Assembly (NCBI RefSeq): GCF_000281045.1
Contig: NW_008246083.1
Span: 128,906 to 192,905 of the forward strand
Origin: Saprolegnia diclina VS20
Lineage: Eukaryota
DNA length: 64,000 bases
Direction: 5' to 3'
How positions within the stretch are numbered: the first letter of the stretch is position 1; each line of letters starts with the position of its first letter. Under the pieces are notes generated by a model. That model worked only from the letters and a program-made list of their open reading frames with translations, had not been told where the DNA came from and ran no database searches. Position numbers and translations under genes: made by a program. Shown here piece by piece: positions 37,795 to 50,163 of the stretch.

Positions 37795-38493
37795 ATGCGT
37801 CGGTGGCTGCTCGACGCCAACACGACGCTGGCCGTGGCTACGACGGAGCCGCCGCCGGTCGCCACGAGCAACGAAGCGAGCTCGTCGCCGAGCCAAGGCT
37901 CGAGCATCATGCTCACGTTGTGCATCGCCGGCGTCGTCTGGGTCGTTGTGCTTGTCGCCCTCGTCGTCTTTCGGCACAAGCGCAAGCAGAGCAAGCTCGA
38001 GAGACCGATGACGGTCAACATCGAGTGCAGCACGAATGGAACTGCGATCATGACCACGCTGCATCGGTTCCCTGTCCACACGCTCCCGTCGTCCGAGCGC
38101 AGCAACCCCATGAAGCGGTCGTCCCTCCCGCGCCTCCAGTCCTACGACGAGCCACTCGACTACCACACGGTAACGTTCATCGACAGCCCGTGCACGGACG
38201 CCAACTCGTCGATGCTCAACGTCACGTACCACGAGTCGATCATTCAGAGCGAGCCGTCGCCGCCGCTGCTTGAGGAGCTCCTGATCGAGGACGACGACTA
38301 CCGGTCCGACGGCGAAGAAAGCAGCTCGGCCGCGTTCTACAGTCTTGCAGGAAAGGAGTCCATCGACAGCTATGCCGATCGCGTACATGGCACCGGGCGG
38401 TCCTGGGCGCAGTCGATTCAAAGCGCCGACAGCCAAGCGTCGTCCTCGGATGGCTATTTCACCATGTCCACGACGCAACTCCCGTCGCTATAG
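37795..38493 (+). CDS. Single-pass membrane protein with a Ser/acidic cytoplasmic tail
   Basis: TM IMLTLCIAGVVWVVVLVALVVF followed by RHKRK; coding-like codon usage. Confidence 0.72.
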   Translation: MRRWLLDANTTLAVATTEPPPVATSNEASSSPSQGSSIMLTLCIAGVVWVVVLVALVVFRHKRKQSKLERPMTVNIECSTNGTAIMTTLHRFPVHTLPSSERSNPMKRSSLPRLQSYDEPLDYHTVTFIDSPCTDANSSMLNVTYHESIIQSEPSPPLLEELLIEDDDYRSDGEESSSAAFYSLAGKESIDSYADRVHGTGRSWAQSIQSADSQASSSDGYFTMSTTQLPSL

Positions 38494-38810
38494 ATGCTAG
38501 GCTCTCCATTAACTTAACTTGTTTATTATCCGCTGAGATTAGGGTCTTACCTCATGATCATGGGTCCACAGTGTGGAGCCAGTCATGCTCCCAGTCCGAT
38601 AATACTGGTGCTAGTCGTCCATGCAGTGATTTAGTGGCCCATTATTTCTGAACTGCGCATGTCCACGGGTGGTGGGCGGCTGCTTCGAAGCTGTTGCCAG
38701 TGTGATCGCACAAGGGCAATCTCGCAAACCAAAAAAGATCGCCGGAGATGCGCAGGCAAGCCGACTGACCACCTTCGAAACGGCGTGGCATTGCGATTTT
38801 CAACGAGCTC

Positions 38811-39344
38811 ATGGCACTGCGACGAGGTCTTGCCGAGGCACCGACACTACCGCTGTCTGTGGTGCTTGGCTGCGTCCTTGCGGGACTGCTCGTGCTCTTG
38901 GCATGCCTTGTGGGCTACTACTTGGGCTACTGCTTCCGGCGTCGCCCCGCCACGTCCAGCTTGCACAAGCCCCGCGAGAAGGCCCGGGATACGGAGCCGA
39001 CTGTCATGAACAACGATGGCCGCGACTCGGTCTTCTTCATCCTTGGGGATACCAACACAGCGGCGATGGCGGGTGTCGTGACCGACACGGACTCGAGCGA
39101 TGCCGATGCAGTCGCATGGACAAGCGAACTCCGCCTCACGAACCGGTCGACCGACTTCTTCTTTGCGCCGCCCAGTGGCCACGAGAGCATTGGCTGCAAC
39201 GTTGCCGTCGACATCTACGGCTCGTCGTGGGGCAGCGCGTCGGGCCGCTCCAGCTACGCACTCTCCGAGGAGTCGGTCTTGTATCTCGAGAGCCGGCGGT
39301 CACTGGACGACTGCATCTCCGAGGGCACCGACAGCGCGTACTAG
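38811..39344 (+). CDS. Single-pass membrane protein
   Basis: TM VVLGCVLAGLLVLLACLVGYYLGYCF followed by RRR; Ser/Asp-rich tail. Confidence 0.7.
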   Translation: MALRRGLAEAPTLPLSVVLGCVLAGLLVLLACLVGYYLGYCFRRRPATSSLHKPREKARDTEPTVMNNDGRDSVFFILGDTNTAAMAGVVTDTDSSDADAVAWTSELRLTNRSTDFFFAPPSGHESIGCNVAVDIYGSSWGSASGRSSYALSEESVLYLESRRSLDDCISEGTDSAY

Positions 39345-40259
39345 TCGAAGGTACCCCATTATTATTTAGTACTCGTACTTTAACTGCGTCAACAAAGAAT
39401 AAACACCACCCTGTCACTCATCACACGTCCGTCGAACCTCGCCGCCTTCGTGGCCACAAAGAATTTGTTTCGATTCCTCCGCGGACACTGTATAAAGGGT
39501 ACCCTTGTCACAGGCAAGACCAACTCGTCGTCGCGCTGGCTGGCAAAACAACCACCAGTGTGCACGTGGCTGCTACAGGTAAGGGCAATTTGTATAGCAG
39601 GACCGATGTCCCCGACAGGCCGCGAGCGCTAAGATCTTACTTGTCCTTGCGTCATCCTACGAACGCATTCGCGCAGACAGCCGATGGGCCGTAGCACTCA
39701 ACCGCTGGATCAGACGCACAAGGAAGCTAAAGGCGGGGTCCATTCCATAGAAATACGAGTACGAGATTCTGTATTCGAAGTGACCTTCATCATCGACGAC
39801 CACAAAGTAGCAAGACGTGAGGTAAGATATTTTACATCGCGTGCACCAATCCACGAACGTCATGGGATTTTTCTTGTCTTTGATTGGTCAAATAATAGCA
39901 AGACCAGCCTGTATGTCAACCAGGACGTGTCGCGCCACGACGGCGTTGCCTCGCCCCCATCACGAGCAATACAGTGTACCGTTGCAGTAATCACAATATG
40001 CATACAAACATCAAGATAATCACAAAACACTGCAAAGACCAAGCCAGGATTTGAGACGCGCATCGCTTGCCAGCTGGGGTGACAACACCCAGGTGACTAC
40101 TTGTCCAGCCAGTGAGCGGGCCCGTGGACCAGGCGGCGCGTGAGTACGCGGCCACCTGGCGGCCTTTATTTCGGCGGCTCGTTTCTCAGCTGCCTTCGTG
40201 TGGTGGCGGCAGCGTCTTTGGCCAAATCCTATTTATCCAGAGCCAGTGCAACGCAAGCC

Positions 40260-41009
40260 ATGGCGCGACGACCACGCGCAGCTCGCAGTAGTTTGAGCCT
40301 CCTCGTCCTCGCCCTGCTCTTGATGCTGCAGCTCACTGCCGCCTCGGACAGCAATCGCACAGAGGAAGCCGGTGTTCTCCACAGCGACACAATTGCACCA
40401 CCGACGCCAACTTCGACCGCCGCACCGGCGATCCTGCACGTGACAGTCGCCGAGGGTAGCCCCAGTGGGCCATGGAACCTCACCAATATCTTGACGCTCT
40501 CGATTGGCTGCATCGTGCTCGTTGCGATTCTTGCCGTCGTCGCCGTCCGCGCAAGGAAAGGATCCCGTACCGAGAAGATCGAAGCCGGGCCGTACAGCTC
40601 GACATATGTGGGCGACGGGTCGCTCTACATCCTCGAAGACCTCTCGCCGTGCCCCGTCATTAGCTTGCGCCCGAGCGCCGCGCAAGAGTACCAGCCGCCG
40701 AGCCTTCGCGCGAAGCGCGGCCCACTCCCGACGGTGTCGCCGTTTCTGAGTACACAGCGCATGTACAACCCCGTGTCGCTCCAAGGCACCGTGTCGAACG
40801 CGCCGGCACCGTACGTCGTCGAGACACCGGTGCAGAATCCAAGCCTCTCGGAGAGCATTGCGTCGTACCTCGACAGCCCGTTCCGGTTCGCGTCCGAGTG
40901 CGAGAGCGAGAGCACGCCCCGTGAGAGCGACGAGTCCCTCGAGAACTACGATTCATCATTTGGCCCAAATGATACGAGCTTCACCAGCGTTAGTCGCTAC
41001 CGCCTATAA
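40260..41009 (+). CDS. Signal peptide plus single-pass (type I) membrane protein
   Basis: LSLLVLALLLMLQLTAA signal, Thr/Pro-rich ectodomain with N-x-T sites, TM ILTLSIGCIVLVAILAVVAV followed by RARK, and a Ser/Glu-rich tail. Confidence 0.75.
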   Translation: MARRPRAARSSLSLLVLALLLMLQLTAASDSNRTEEAGVLHSDTIAPPTPTSTAAPAILHVTVAEGSPSGPWNLTNILTLSIGCIVLVAILAVVAVRARKGSRTEKIEAGPYSSTYVGDGSLYILEDLSPCPVISLRPSAAQEYQPPSLRAKRGPLPTVSPFLSTQRMYNPVSLQGTVSNAPAPYVVETPVQNPSLSESIASYLDSPFRFASECESESTPRESDESLENYDSSFGPNDTSFTSVSRYRL

Positions 41010-41309
41010 ACGCACCACGTATTAATGTATAGCCCTATTTTATTATGACGCGGTCTTGCCCATCGCCCCACCCAGCGCCATCTCTCTAGGTCTACGGACG
41101 GGCGGGGAGCGGCCCAAAATATGGCAGACAGGCCGACGAAGTGAACTCGAGGCGAGTAATCGCTTCGAGTTGCGATCCCCAGCACGACTACAGTAGCCAA
41201 TGCAAACCAAGCAACTACACTTGACTTCGTCATGACAAATGCTCCCAGACGTGTCGCGGCGCCTCGCTCTTTACGCCGTATTTGCTGCTTGCACGGCGTT
41301 CTGCTGATT

Positions 41310-41370
41310 ATTCCTAGTCAAAAATCGAATTCGTATGTGCTAATTCCTAGTCGAAATCTAATTCCTAGTC
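41310..41370. repeat. Three direct copies of ATTCCTAGTC upstream of BUB3
   Basis: Copies at 41310-41319, 41343-41352 and 41361-41370. Confidence 0.75.
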
Positions 41371-41451
41371 CCTCGTCAGCCCGTATCCGGTCGGGTTGCC
41401 GGTACGTATCCGGAGGGACCGAGTGCGCAGGAGAAGCGGAAACGAAGCGCC

Positions 41452-42584
41452 ATGAGCAACCCCGACGCGACCGCGCTGTCGCCGAGCCCGACGGACGGAA
41501 TCACATGCGTCCGCTTCAGCAGCGGCCATGAAGACCACCTCCTCGTGAGTTCCTGGGACTGCAGCGTCCGCGTGTACGACGTCCCAAACCACCGGCTGCG
41601 CTTGAAGATGGAGGTCGGGAGCCCCGTGCTCGCGACCTGCTACGGCGCCGACAAGAGCAGCGCGTTCAGCGGTGGCCTCGAGAGCTCGGTCCTGCAGCAC
41701 AACCTCGAGCAGCCGTCCAACACGCACGCGACGCTCGGGTCGCACGCGAAAGCCGTGAGCTGCTTGCGCTACAGCACGGCGACGGGACTTGTCTTTTCTG
41801 GGTCATGGGACGCGACCGTCGCCGCCTGGGACGCCAAAGCCAACACCAAGACGCCATCGCTGCGCCTTCCGCAAGACGGCAAAGTGTACTCGATGTCGAT
41901 GCACGAGCACAGCCTCGTCATCGGCACATCGGCCAAGCAAGTCGCTCTGTACGACATCCGCCGCCATACGTCGCCCATTGAGGTCCGCGACTCGCCGCTC
42001 AAGTACCAGATCCGCTGTGTTGAGATGATCCCGGACGGCCAAGGTAGACCCCCAAATATGATCCCAGATCCTTACTTCTGGGCAGGTTACGTCGTGACGA
42101 CGACCGAAGGCCGCGTCGGCCTCGAGTACTTTGACGCGGCCAAGAAAGGGTATGCGTTCAAATGCCACCGACAAAAGGTGAGCGAGACCGACACGCTCGT
42201 ATACCCTGTCAACTCGGTCGCGTTCCACCCGACGTTTGGCACGTTTGCGACGGGCGGCTGCGACGGCGTCGTCAACATTTGGGACGGCGACAACAAGAAG
42301 CGCATTTGCCAGCTCGCCAAGTTCAACGCGAGGTAGGCCCACCACGTCGTGGCTCTAATGACCATCTTGTCTGTGGCTAGTATCGCGTCCATGGCATTCA
42401 ACCACGACGGGTCCAAGCTGGCCGTGGCCGCGTCCGACACGTACGAAGAAGGCCCGAAAGAGTACATGCGTCGCACCGCTTGTCCGAGTCTCATCCCACC
42501 CTCTCTCCTAGCAACCAAGAAGACACGGTGTACGTCCGGTCGATCGCAGAGGCCGAGGTCCGGCCCAAGACCAAAGAGGCATAA
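41452..42584 (+). CDS. BUB3: Mitotic checkpoint protein BUB3 (WD40); 4 exons
   Basis: LLVSSWDCSVRVYDV, RDSPLKYQIRCV, EGRVGLEYFD, YAFKCHR, YPVNSVAFHPTFGTFATGGCDG, WDGDNKKR, LAVAASDTYEEG. Confidence 0.93.
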
Positions 42585-42646
42585 ACCACTCAAATGCACG
42601 CTTGCACTACTGGTGTCGTCATATATAGACGGAAGCATAGCAATAT

Positions 42647-44174
42647 CTAGTGGCCGAGCATGTACTGGGCCGGGCGAATCACGTACGCACTGCCGCTCTC
42701 ACAGATACCGACGCCCAAGTCCTCGTTCGCGGACGCCGACACGATGTCAAGGCCGATCCAGCGCGAGTCGCCGCGGAAGCCGAGCCGGTGGTTTTGCTGC
42801 AAAATGGACGGCGAGTAGGCAGGCGCGGGTTCCTTGTGCTTTTGCTTCTTCTCTTTCGACGCGTCGTGCTCGCCGCACATGAGCTCGTTGTCGAGACCTG
42901 CGACGTAGCAGAGCGAGCTTTGCGACGGCGAAAAGGCCAAGTAGGCGATGTCGTACTTGAGCGGGCACCGCCACCTGCTCACACGATAAGAGATCGTAGG
43001 ATAAGGTTGCTGTTGACGTACCGGTTCCGGAGCTTCCACATGCGCGTGTCGTAGATGTACGCCACCTTGTCCTCGCCCCCCATCGCGATCGAGTGGCCGT
43101 CGGGCGAGCACGCGATCGCAAACAAGCAGCCCTGCGACGGTGCACCGTCCCGGGCGACTCGCTTGTTGCTCTTGGCGTCCCAAATCGAAAACTAGTCGGT
43201 CCATAACGACGAGGAATGGCAACCACGAGATGTGCCTACTTGGTTGTATTCGGCGACGACGGCGGTCGATGCAAGCGTCGGCGAAAAGGTCAGCGCCGTC
43301 GGGTGCATCACGGTCGGCTGCACCCACGTCGGCTGCAGCGTCGTCGCATCAAAGAAGCGAAGCTCCTTGGCGAAGAAATGCGCCGTCGCCACCACCTACC
43401 ATATGCATGTGAGTCTGTCTGTGGATGGAAATGGAGTGACGTACGCTGGATGACGCAGTGGGGTCCAAAGCAACGCCGGCCCAGCCCACCTCGGCGGTCG
43501 TCGACGCAGTGAGCGCATGGCCGTTGTACTTGTGCTGCTTTTGCTTCTTGCGCTGAGGACTGCCGACGTCGTCCGTCGAGCCCGTGCTCTTGGTGTACAA
43601 GAACGCAGCGCCTCGGGCATCGATTGACGCAATCAACGGGTCTACACCACCTTTACTATGAGCCGTGAACAGGGTGGGAACGCGGCTGATTTAGTACTCG
43701 GGTGCGAGTCGACGCGGGCAGTAATCGACTAGTTCAACACTGAGCACATTGGCACGACGATGCGAACGCTACCTGAATCTCGTACTTGTGCACGGGCGTT
43801 GTCATGAGCGCCTCGGACGCCATGGGCTTCATCTTGACAATGTTCGAGATGTTGGCCCCTTGCGTGCCCTGCGTCACCTCTGCCTGCTCGTCTGCGCTCA
43901 GCGCCAAGTTGACATGGCCTTCCAAGACGTCCTTGCCCGTCGCGTAGACGAATGAGAAGCGGTCCAGCGACGCGTTCGTGCAGCGGAAGCGCGTGGGCTG
44001 GACGCTCCCGGCCGAGAACTTGGCCTCGCTCAAGATCCCGCGCTGGAGCGTCGAGAGCTGCTCCGTCATGGCCTCGTCCTTCTTGAGCTGCTTGCGCTCA
44101 TGGGCAGCGCGGCCCTTCTTGCCCTTGTACTCGATGACGACGTCGCCAATCTCGGCTTGCGGCGCCGTGGACAT
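42647..44174 (-). CDS. WD40-like beta-propeller protein; multi-exon
   Basis: GWAGVAL, GGEDKVAYIYDTRMWK, WRCPLKYDIAYLAFS, YVAGLDNELMCG, GFRGDSRWIGL. Confidence 0.75.
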
Positions 44175-44842
44175 GGTGTCAAAATGGAACGCTTCAAATG
44201 CAAACCTCTCACATATAATAAAGTGAGTGGTATTGAAAGCCGACTGTTTTAAACATCTTGAAACCGACCAGCGCGACCAGCGACGGGCAATGGCGGATGC
44301 GGTGGTGTGTGGCAGTGGATGCAACGACTGTACATTGGTAGATCGCAGTCGCGTCGGCACCACCATGGCCATGAGCTTTTCGCCGTCGAGGCGTCCGGTG
44401 CCGTTCGGATACGAGCCCAGTGTAACCGTACTGTCCAGCTGTCTTAGACTGGAGAGGCCACGGGTCGTCGTAGCCTACTGCTCTGTTCGACAGCAGACAG
44501 CTGCCAAGACACTCGAGAAGGTGAACACCGTCACTACGCAGTTGGCCACTATGGGGAGTACTATTAGCTCAGCAGTAAAGACTTGACCACCGAACGGCAG
44601 CCCATCTCGCCGATCTTACGACGTCCCCTAATGACAGGAGCAGCCACACATTGTACTAGCCCATGTGGTACGCCTGCTGTGCGGTCCACGCAGTATTGTA
44701 CACACTGCTTTCGAAAATTATATGCCATGGCTTGTGGCATACGTTCGCGCTTCAACTTGAGGTGTTGTAAACGTGTTTAAAACACTGCATACGTGCAAAT
44801 GGGCAAACAGGTGCAGTATCAAGTTTGAGAGAATTTGGCAAC

Positions 44843-45331
44843 ATGGCGCTGCGGAAGCGCAACAGCAGCAGCGCGACGAACCGCGTTCGCGATCTCCCGC
44901 TCTTCGTGGAGAAGGCCAAGGGCGACAAGGACAAGATGGTCGTTAACCTGCAGGTCATCGTGCTGGACATGGATGACCTCAACGCCAACACGGCGGCCTA
45001 CGCCTCGGTGCTCATCGCCGACGAGACCGGCGCTGCCTCGATGCTCGTGAAGCGGTCGCTGGCGCTTGGTCTCAACTGCGGCGACATCCTGAGCCTCGAG
45101 AATGCGCAGCTGACGTTTCACAACACGCACTTGGTCGTGAGCCTTAGCGCCGCCGGACGCATCGAGCGCATTGGCGAGTACACGATGATTTTCAAGGAGA
45201 CGCCCAACGTCAGCAACTACCTCTACACCAAGGACGCGTCGGGGCTCATGGTACACCAACACCACATGAGATTCCTTGTCATATCGTGTTTCTAGGTCTT
45301 GGATCGTCGGCCAAAGCAGGTCCAGCGGTAA
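44843..45331 (+). CDS. OB-fold protein, SOSS complex subunit B (NABP/hSSB1)-like; 2 exons
   Basis: VNLQVIVLD..LIADETG..CGDILSL..GRIERIGEYTMIFKETPNVS matches the hSSB1 pattern LNLIFIVLE..VADKTG..PGDIIRL..KIGEFCMVYSEVPNFS. Confidence 0.8.
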
Positions 45332-45625
45332 CGCAGGCGAGGCCATGTAGTGAGCTGTACTACGATGCGACAACGACGACTTCATATATATTGCTCCATA
45401 AAGGCGTGAAGAGGGCTCCGTAGGCATGTAGATGGGCGCCATCAACAGGCATTGGTCGGCCGACAGGCGTGCGGCTAGGGGCTGCTGACCTCGCCACGCC
45501 TTTAAAGACGAGTATAGGATGCTAGACAAACCCACTGGCCTCCGACACACCGCCAGTGCGACTAGCTAGCTTCTGTACCGCCGATACGAGGGAACAAGAC
45601 CGATATCGTCTTATTGCGCCAGCCC

Positions 45626-47777
45626 ATGCCCGCTTCACTAGAAACCGCGTGGGCTTAATTTAGTCGTATGTACGGGTATGCACCTGCACCGCAGCGCCAG
45701 CAAGACGAGCTGCGCAAAAACATCCGTGCGCTCCAGCAAACGCTGCTCAAGGACGCTGTGCGCCAGCGCAACCAAGCCATGATGTGACATCGCGGATCAC
45801 GGATCGCACTCATGGCGTCGTCGATAGGCAGCAGCTTGAGGCCATGCACGACGCAGCGCTGGCCAAGCAAAAGGCATCGCACATATCTGCGTTGAAACTT
45901 CGCACGCTGATTGAGTACAGTGTAGCAAGACAGCCAAGCAGACATGGCGCGGACGCTGGAGCAGGTCCTTGCCCAACAAAAGCACATGGCGACGCTCCTC
46001 GAGCAGTCCGTTCCATCACCCGAGACGAGCGACCCGAGCGCCGCGTCGCCCCCTCCTCGCCCCAACAAGGCAACGATGAGCAACGCACCAACACCGCCCG
46101 GCACCAAACGACCTGGCACCAAACCCGCGCCCACGTTTCGCGAAGCGACGGCGCGCGTGACGACAGCCGCCAAGCCCGTCACCGCCCCACGACTGCCTGT
46201 GGACGATCTGGCGTGGACCGAGCACGATACGAACGTAACGCGACTGTGCAAAGAACGGGCGTGTGACGATGTAGTTTGTAGCTGCTGGCTCTACCGCCCG
46301 ACGATCCCGACGATGACGTACTCGCCACACCGCGGGTGTCTCCCGAAGCCAACCAGCCCGTTCGTCCACCGAGTAGGAATCCGCCGACGATTCTTACGCG
46401 GTCCCATTATGCTAGGCACCTGCGGACGTCCGGCGGCACAAGAAGCTGCTCGCGGTTCCGACCGACGACGTTGTGTTGCGGCCCAAGTGGCGTCAGGACG
46501 CCGACGCAGCGGCCGGCATCGTGTCGGCATTCGATGACGCGCCCATGCCCGTGCGCTCCCGATTGACGTCGTTGTCGATGACAAGTTGTACCTAGTTGCA
46601 CACCATCTTTCGATCCGCGGTGGTCGCCGTGCAGTTTATGCTGCGGCTTCAACGGCTCGCTTTGGAGCGCCAGCAATCGCAGCAAGCCGACGAAGCCAGG
46701 GTGCGTGTGGCATGAGCGCGTACAAGATTGAGATTCAGGTTCAAAAAGGTGATGGCCAGTATGCTCGATGTCTACTCGGAAGCGATTCGGTCGTGGCTGG
46801 CCAAAGACATGCGTCTCCCGATTCTCTCGATTCTGCAAGTACAAAATTGATCATATCCCTAAAGACGCTGTTCTCGAACGCGCAGTAGGACCCGACGCTC
46901 GTGCTATCGATGCGCCCTCCTGCGACGAGCTTGAAGAAGAAATTCGGCGGTCTCTTGGCTCGCAAGCAAGCCAGCGCACCCGAGAGCCTCCTCCAGCTCA
47001 AAGTATATGACAATAGCTTCCAGTGTCGAAAACATGAAAACGTCAACAGGTCCGCATCAAGGGTCTCGTCGACGCGCTTGTCAAGACGACTGAGAAGCCG
47101 ATTCCCAAGGCCATTCTGCAGTTCCTCGCCAAGCTCACGTGCGATGGTGCCTACTTCCCACCAAACGTCGGCCACAAATCGCACGGCTGCAGAGAATCAT
47201 GCATTTGTCCTAGTACTTGTCGCCCCCCGAGCGAACGGGACTCGAGTTCAACGCACTCGGCGCGACGCGCAACATGGCGACCGACACTCGCTTTGACCTC
47301 GTGACGATCGGCTTTGTCTTTGGACGAGTCGTCGTGCCGTACGTTGTGCTCCAGCCGTGGACGAGCGGCATCGGCGGCCGCGCGCGTCCCCCTAAGCAAG
47401 TCGAAGCCAACCTCAAGCTCGTCGCCACGAGCCTTTACGTGCTCTGCATGCGCTTGGTGCCACTGCTGCCAGAGCCAGGTCTCGTGCTCGATGAATCGGA
47501 GAGAGCCGAGAACGAGACGATATTGACACACGCGAGCAGTTTGCTGCCAAAAGATGTCTTGCCGCTCAGCGACCCCGCGTTCGATGCGTTCTGTGCCACC
47601 CAAGCGGTGCGTTTTGGTAAGGTGCGGTGGACGGCTCATGCGATCTTAGGACCGAATGCGTGCGTGGCTGGAAGCTTTGCGAAGGGTGGTGGCGACACCG
47701 ACCACTCTTGGGTCTACCGCAAGCACAACGAGCCTCGGGCAAGACGCGTCCCGAGGGCAGCTGTAGCATTTCTTTAA
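45626..47777 (+). CDS. Uncharacterised multi-exon protein (coiled coil, Pro-rich linker, helical C-terminal domain)
   Basis: Coding-like exons separated by short GT-AG introns (QQDELRKNIRALQQ.., MARTLEQVLAQQ.., FKKVMASMLDVY.., VRIKGLVDAL.., LEFNALGATRN..). It could be two genes. Confidence 0.55.
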
Positions 47778-48444
47778 ACCCGTGTCCGCAACACAACAAT
47801 AAAAAAGTCATTTGTCTCCAACATACGAAATCAAAAGTCATTTGGCCTTTGCCAAGTCGCCCACGTGAGACGCGTTCGACACGGTGTTTAGCGTGCATTC
47901 TTTTCGTAATCGCTTCGCTTTGCAGCCGAAGCCGAAGCTTGGAAGGCCTTTGCCAAGCGTGTCGTCATGGGCCTCACTCGCGCCCACATGGATGGCGGCA
48001 CAATTGCGAGCCGTTTGGGCCAAATCGACAACGAGTTGGTGAGCCAGGTGAGGGCAATCACGATCGTAGCGTGTGCACTTGCGATAGTGCACGGCAGCGC
48101 GGTAGGATAATGTGCGTGAGAGCGTTATGTACCAGCGTAGCAAGAACATTCAGTAATGATGGGTCCTGCGCGATAGTGCGGGACCTTGAAGCAACGCTAG
48201 AAGGCCCTTATGCCCTATCTAAACCACAAAAGTCGACCACCCTCTGCCCCAAGAAAACACGAGTTTCGTCGATGTTGGTGAATTTGGCCTTTTGAGCCGT
48301 ACGACTCGTTCCGTTTGCGCAATTTTAGTGCTTTGGATCGAAAGGACGCTTTTTCTTGTGCACCAGCTCGGCGTTTTCTTTGACACAATGTACAAGTTGT
48401 CCAAGACATTTCAAAGAAATCACTCACAAATCTTTAATCTTAAG

Positions 48445-49163
48445 TCAAGAGGCACAGAGGAAAGCAGGCACCCCGTAGGACGCTCGAACATGACGCCGCT
48501 TGTGTCCAGCACAAAGCCCTTGGTGACGCGCCATGCGCATGCAGCCTTCGACGGTACATTCGTTGTTGTGCCGATGGACGTCGCAGTANNNNNNNNNNNN
48601 NNNNNNNNNNNNNNNNNNNNNNNNNNNNNNNNNNNNNNNNNNNNNNNNNNNNNNNNNNNNNNNNNNNNNNNNNNNNNNNNNNNNNNNNNNNNNNNNNNNN
48701 NNNNNNNNNNNNNNNNNNNNNNNNNNNNNNNNNNNNNNNNNNNNNNNNNNNNNNNNNNNNNNNNNNNNNNNNNNNNNNNNNNNNNNNNNNNNNNNNNNNN
48801 NNNNNNNNNNNNNNNNNNNNNNNNNNNNNNNNNNNNNNNNNNNNNNNNNNNNNNNNNNNNNNNNNNNNNNNNNNNNNNNNNNNNNNNNNNNNNNNNNNNN
48901 NNNNNNNNNNNNNNNNNNNNNNNNNNNNNNNNNNNNNNNNNNNNNNNNNNNNNNNNNNNNNNNNNNNNNNNNNNNNNNNNNNNNNNNNNNNNNNNNNNNN
49001 NNNNNNNNNNNNNNNNNNNNNNNNNNNNNNNNNNNNNNNNNNNNNNNNNNNNNNNNNNNNNNNNNNNNNNNNNNNNNNNNNNNNNNNNNNNNNNNNNNNN
49101 NCAGAAGGCGCGGGCGATGAAGTCGGCCTCATCTTGCGTGAACATAACACCGCAGTGCATCAT
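48445..49163 (-). CDS. HGGG zinc-finger paralogue interrupted by the assembly gap
   Basis: N-terminus MMHCGVMFTQDEADFIARAF right of the gap. C-terminus YCDVHRHNNECTVEGCMRMARHQGLCAGHKRRHVRASYGVPAFLCAS* left of the gap. Confidence 0.75.
48589..49101. other. Assembly gap (513 N)
   Basis: Run of n characters. Confidence 1.
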
Positions 49164-50163
49164 TAGATCGGCTCAAATGAGGTTCTCTGGCGCGTGTCAA
49201 TTGCTGAATGAGGTATTTTGTCGAAGGCATGGTGGACAAGAATCGCCAACCGAATGACCAGTCGCGTCTCAATCGTGGACAAGCGTCAAGGTGTAGCCCT
49301 GGGTGTAGCCGTGTGCTGGCGCACTGGGCTTGGCGCCAGCCGATGAATATTTAAAACCGAGCGACAGGCGCACCCTTTTCGATACGGCGACGAGCATGCG
49401 TACTCAGAGACGCAGTACCTCCGCTAATACCGTGGGTTGTTGTAAGGTTAGTAATGTTGTTTGTCTGCATTGATATGTCCTGGGCGTTTCAGGATTGGGC
49501 ACATGTCCTATCCTTGGATGCAACAACCGAGCGTCTAGATCGACCGGACGATCTGGCGCTCGAGCACATGGTGAAATGCAATACATTGTGCTACGTCGCA
49601 GTGCGATGGTACCTACTCATAGCCTCGTAATCCCAGGACAAAGGGGTCGGGCTACAAAGAAAGCCGACGCCATACGACTAGTGCATTTCGCTCTTCAAGG
49701 ATTTCAAATGATTTGACCGCAGAGCTACGAGGCCTGCAATACGAGGCCAATGTCCTTTGGACTGAATCGATCGGGCTAAAGGCGATTTAAATCAAAGAAA
49801 AAAACGTTTCAAAGACGCAATGGGAGGCCCATATCCCATCGCGATATGGATGCACTGGAAGATTCGGCGATTTTTAGGAGACGCCAACAAGGTGAGCTCT
49901 GACACACTGCAGTACGATGTAAACTTGCACTGCGCCAATTCGTTTTTTTTGCTGCGGTGGCTCGGCGCCGTACCGGGCAGCGTGGGCAAACACATAGAGT
50001 CTGCCTTTGCGCACCACGCTCAGTGTTGAAGGGAAGCCGGTTTAGTTCTACACTTTACTTGAAGGTGTTCATATTGGTGCTCGCCTCGTGTCATTGATTG
50101 GATGTTCGATAGTTCATCGTCATGCTCATCTTGTGGACGTCCAATGGTGATTCTTCTTCTTTC

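Noticed and set aside
41310..41370. Spaced direct repeats as a mini-CRISPR (also 6214-6265)
   Set aside because: Units are only 10-13 nt with irregular or no spacers, there are no cas genes, and the context is eukaryotic.
48292..49257. Long ORFs crossing the N run
   Set aside because: Artefacts of untranslatable Ns. Only the flanking zinc-finger gene ends are supported.
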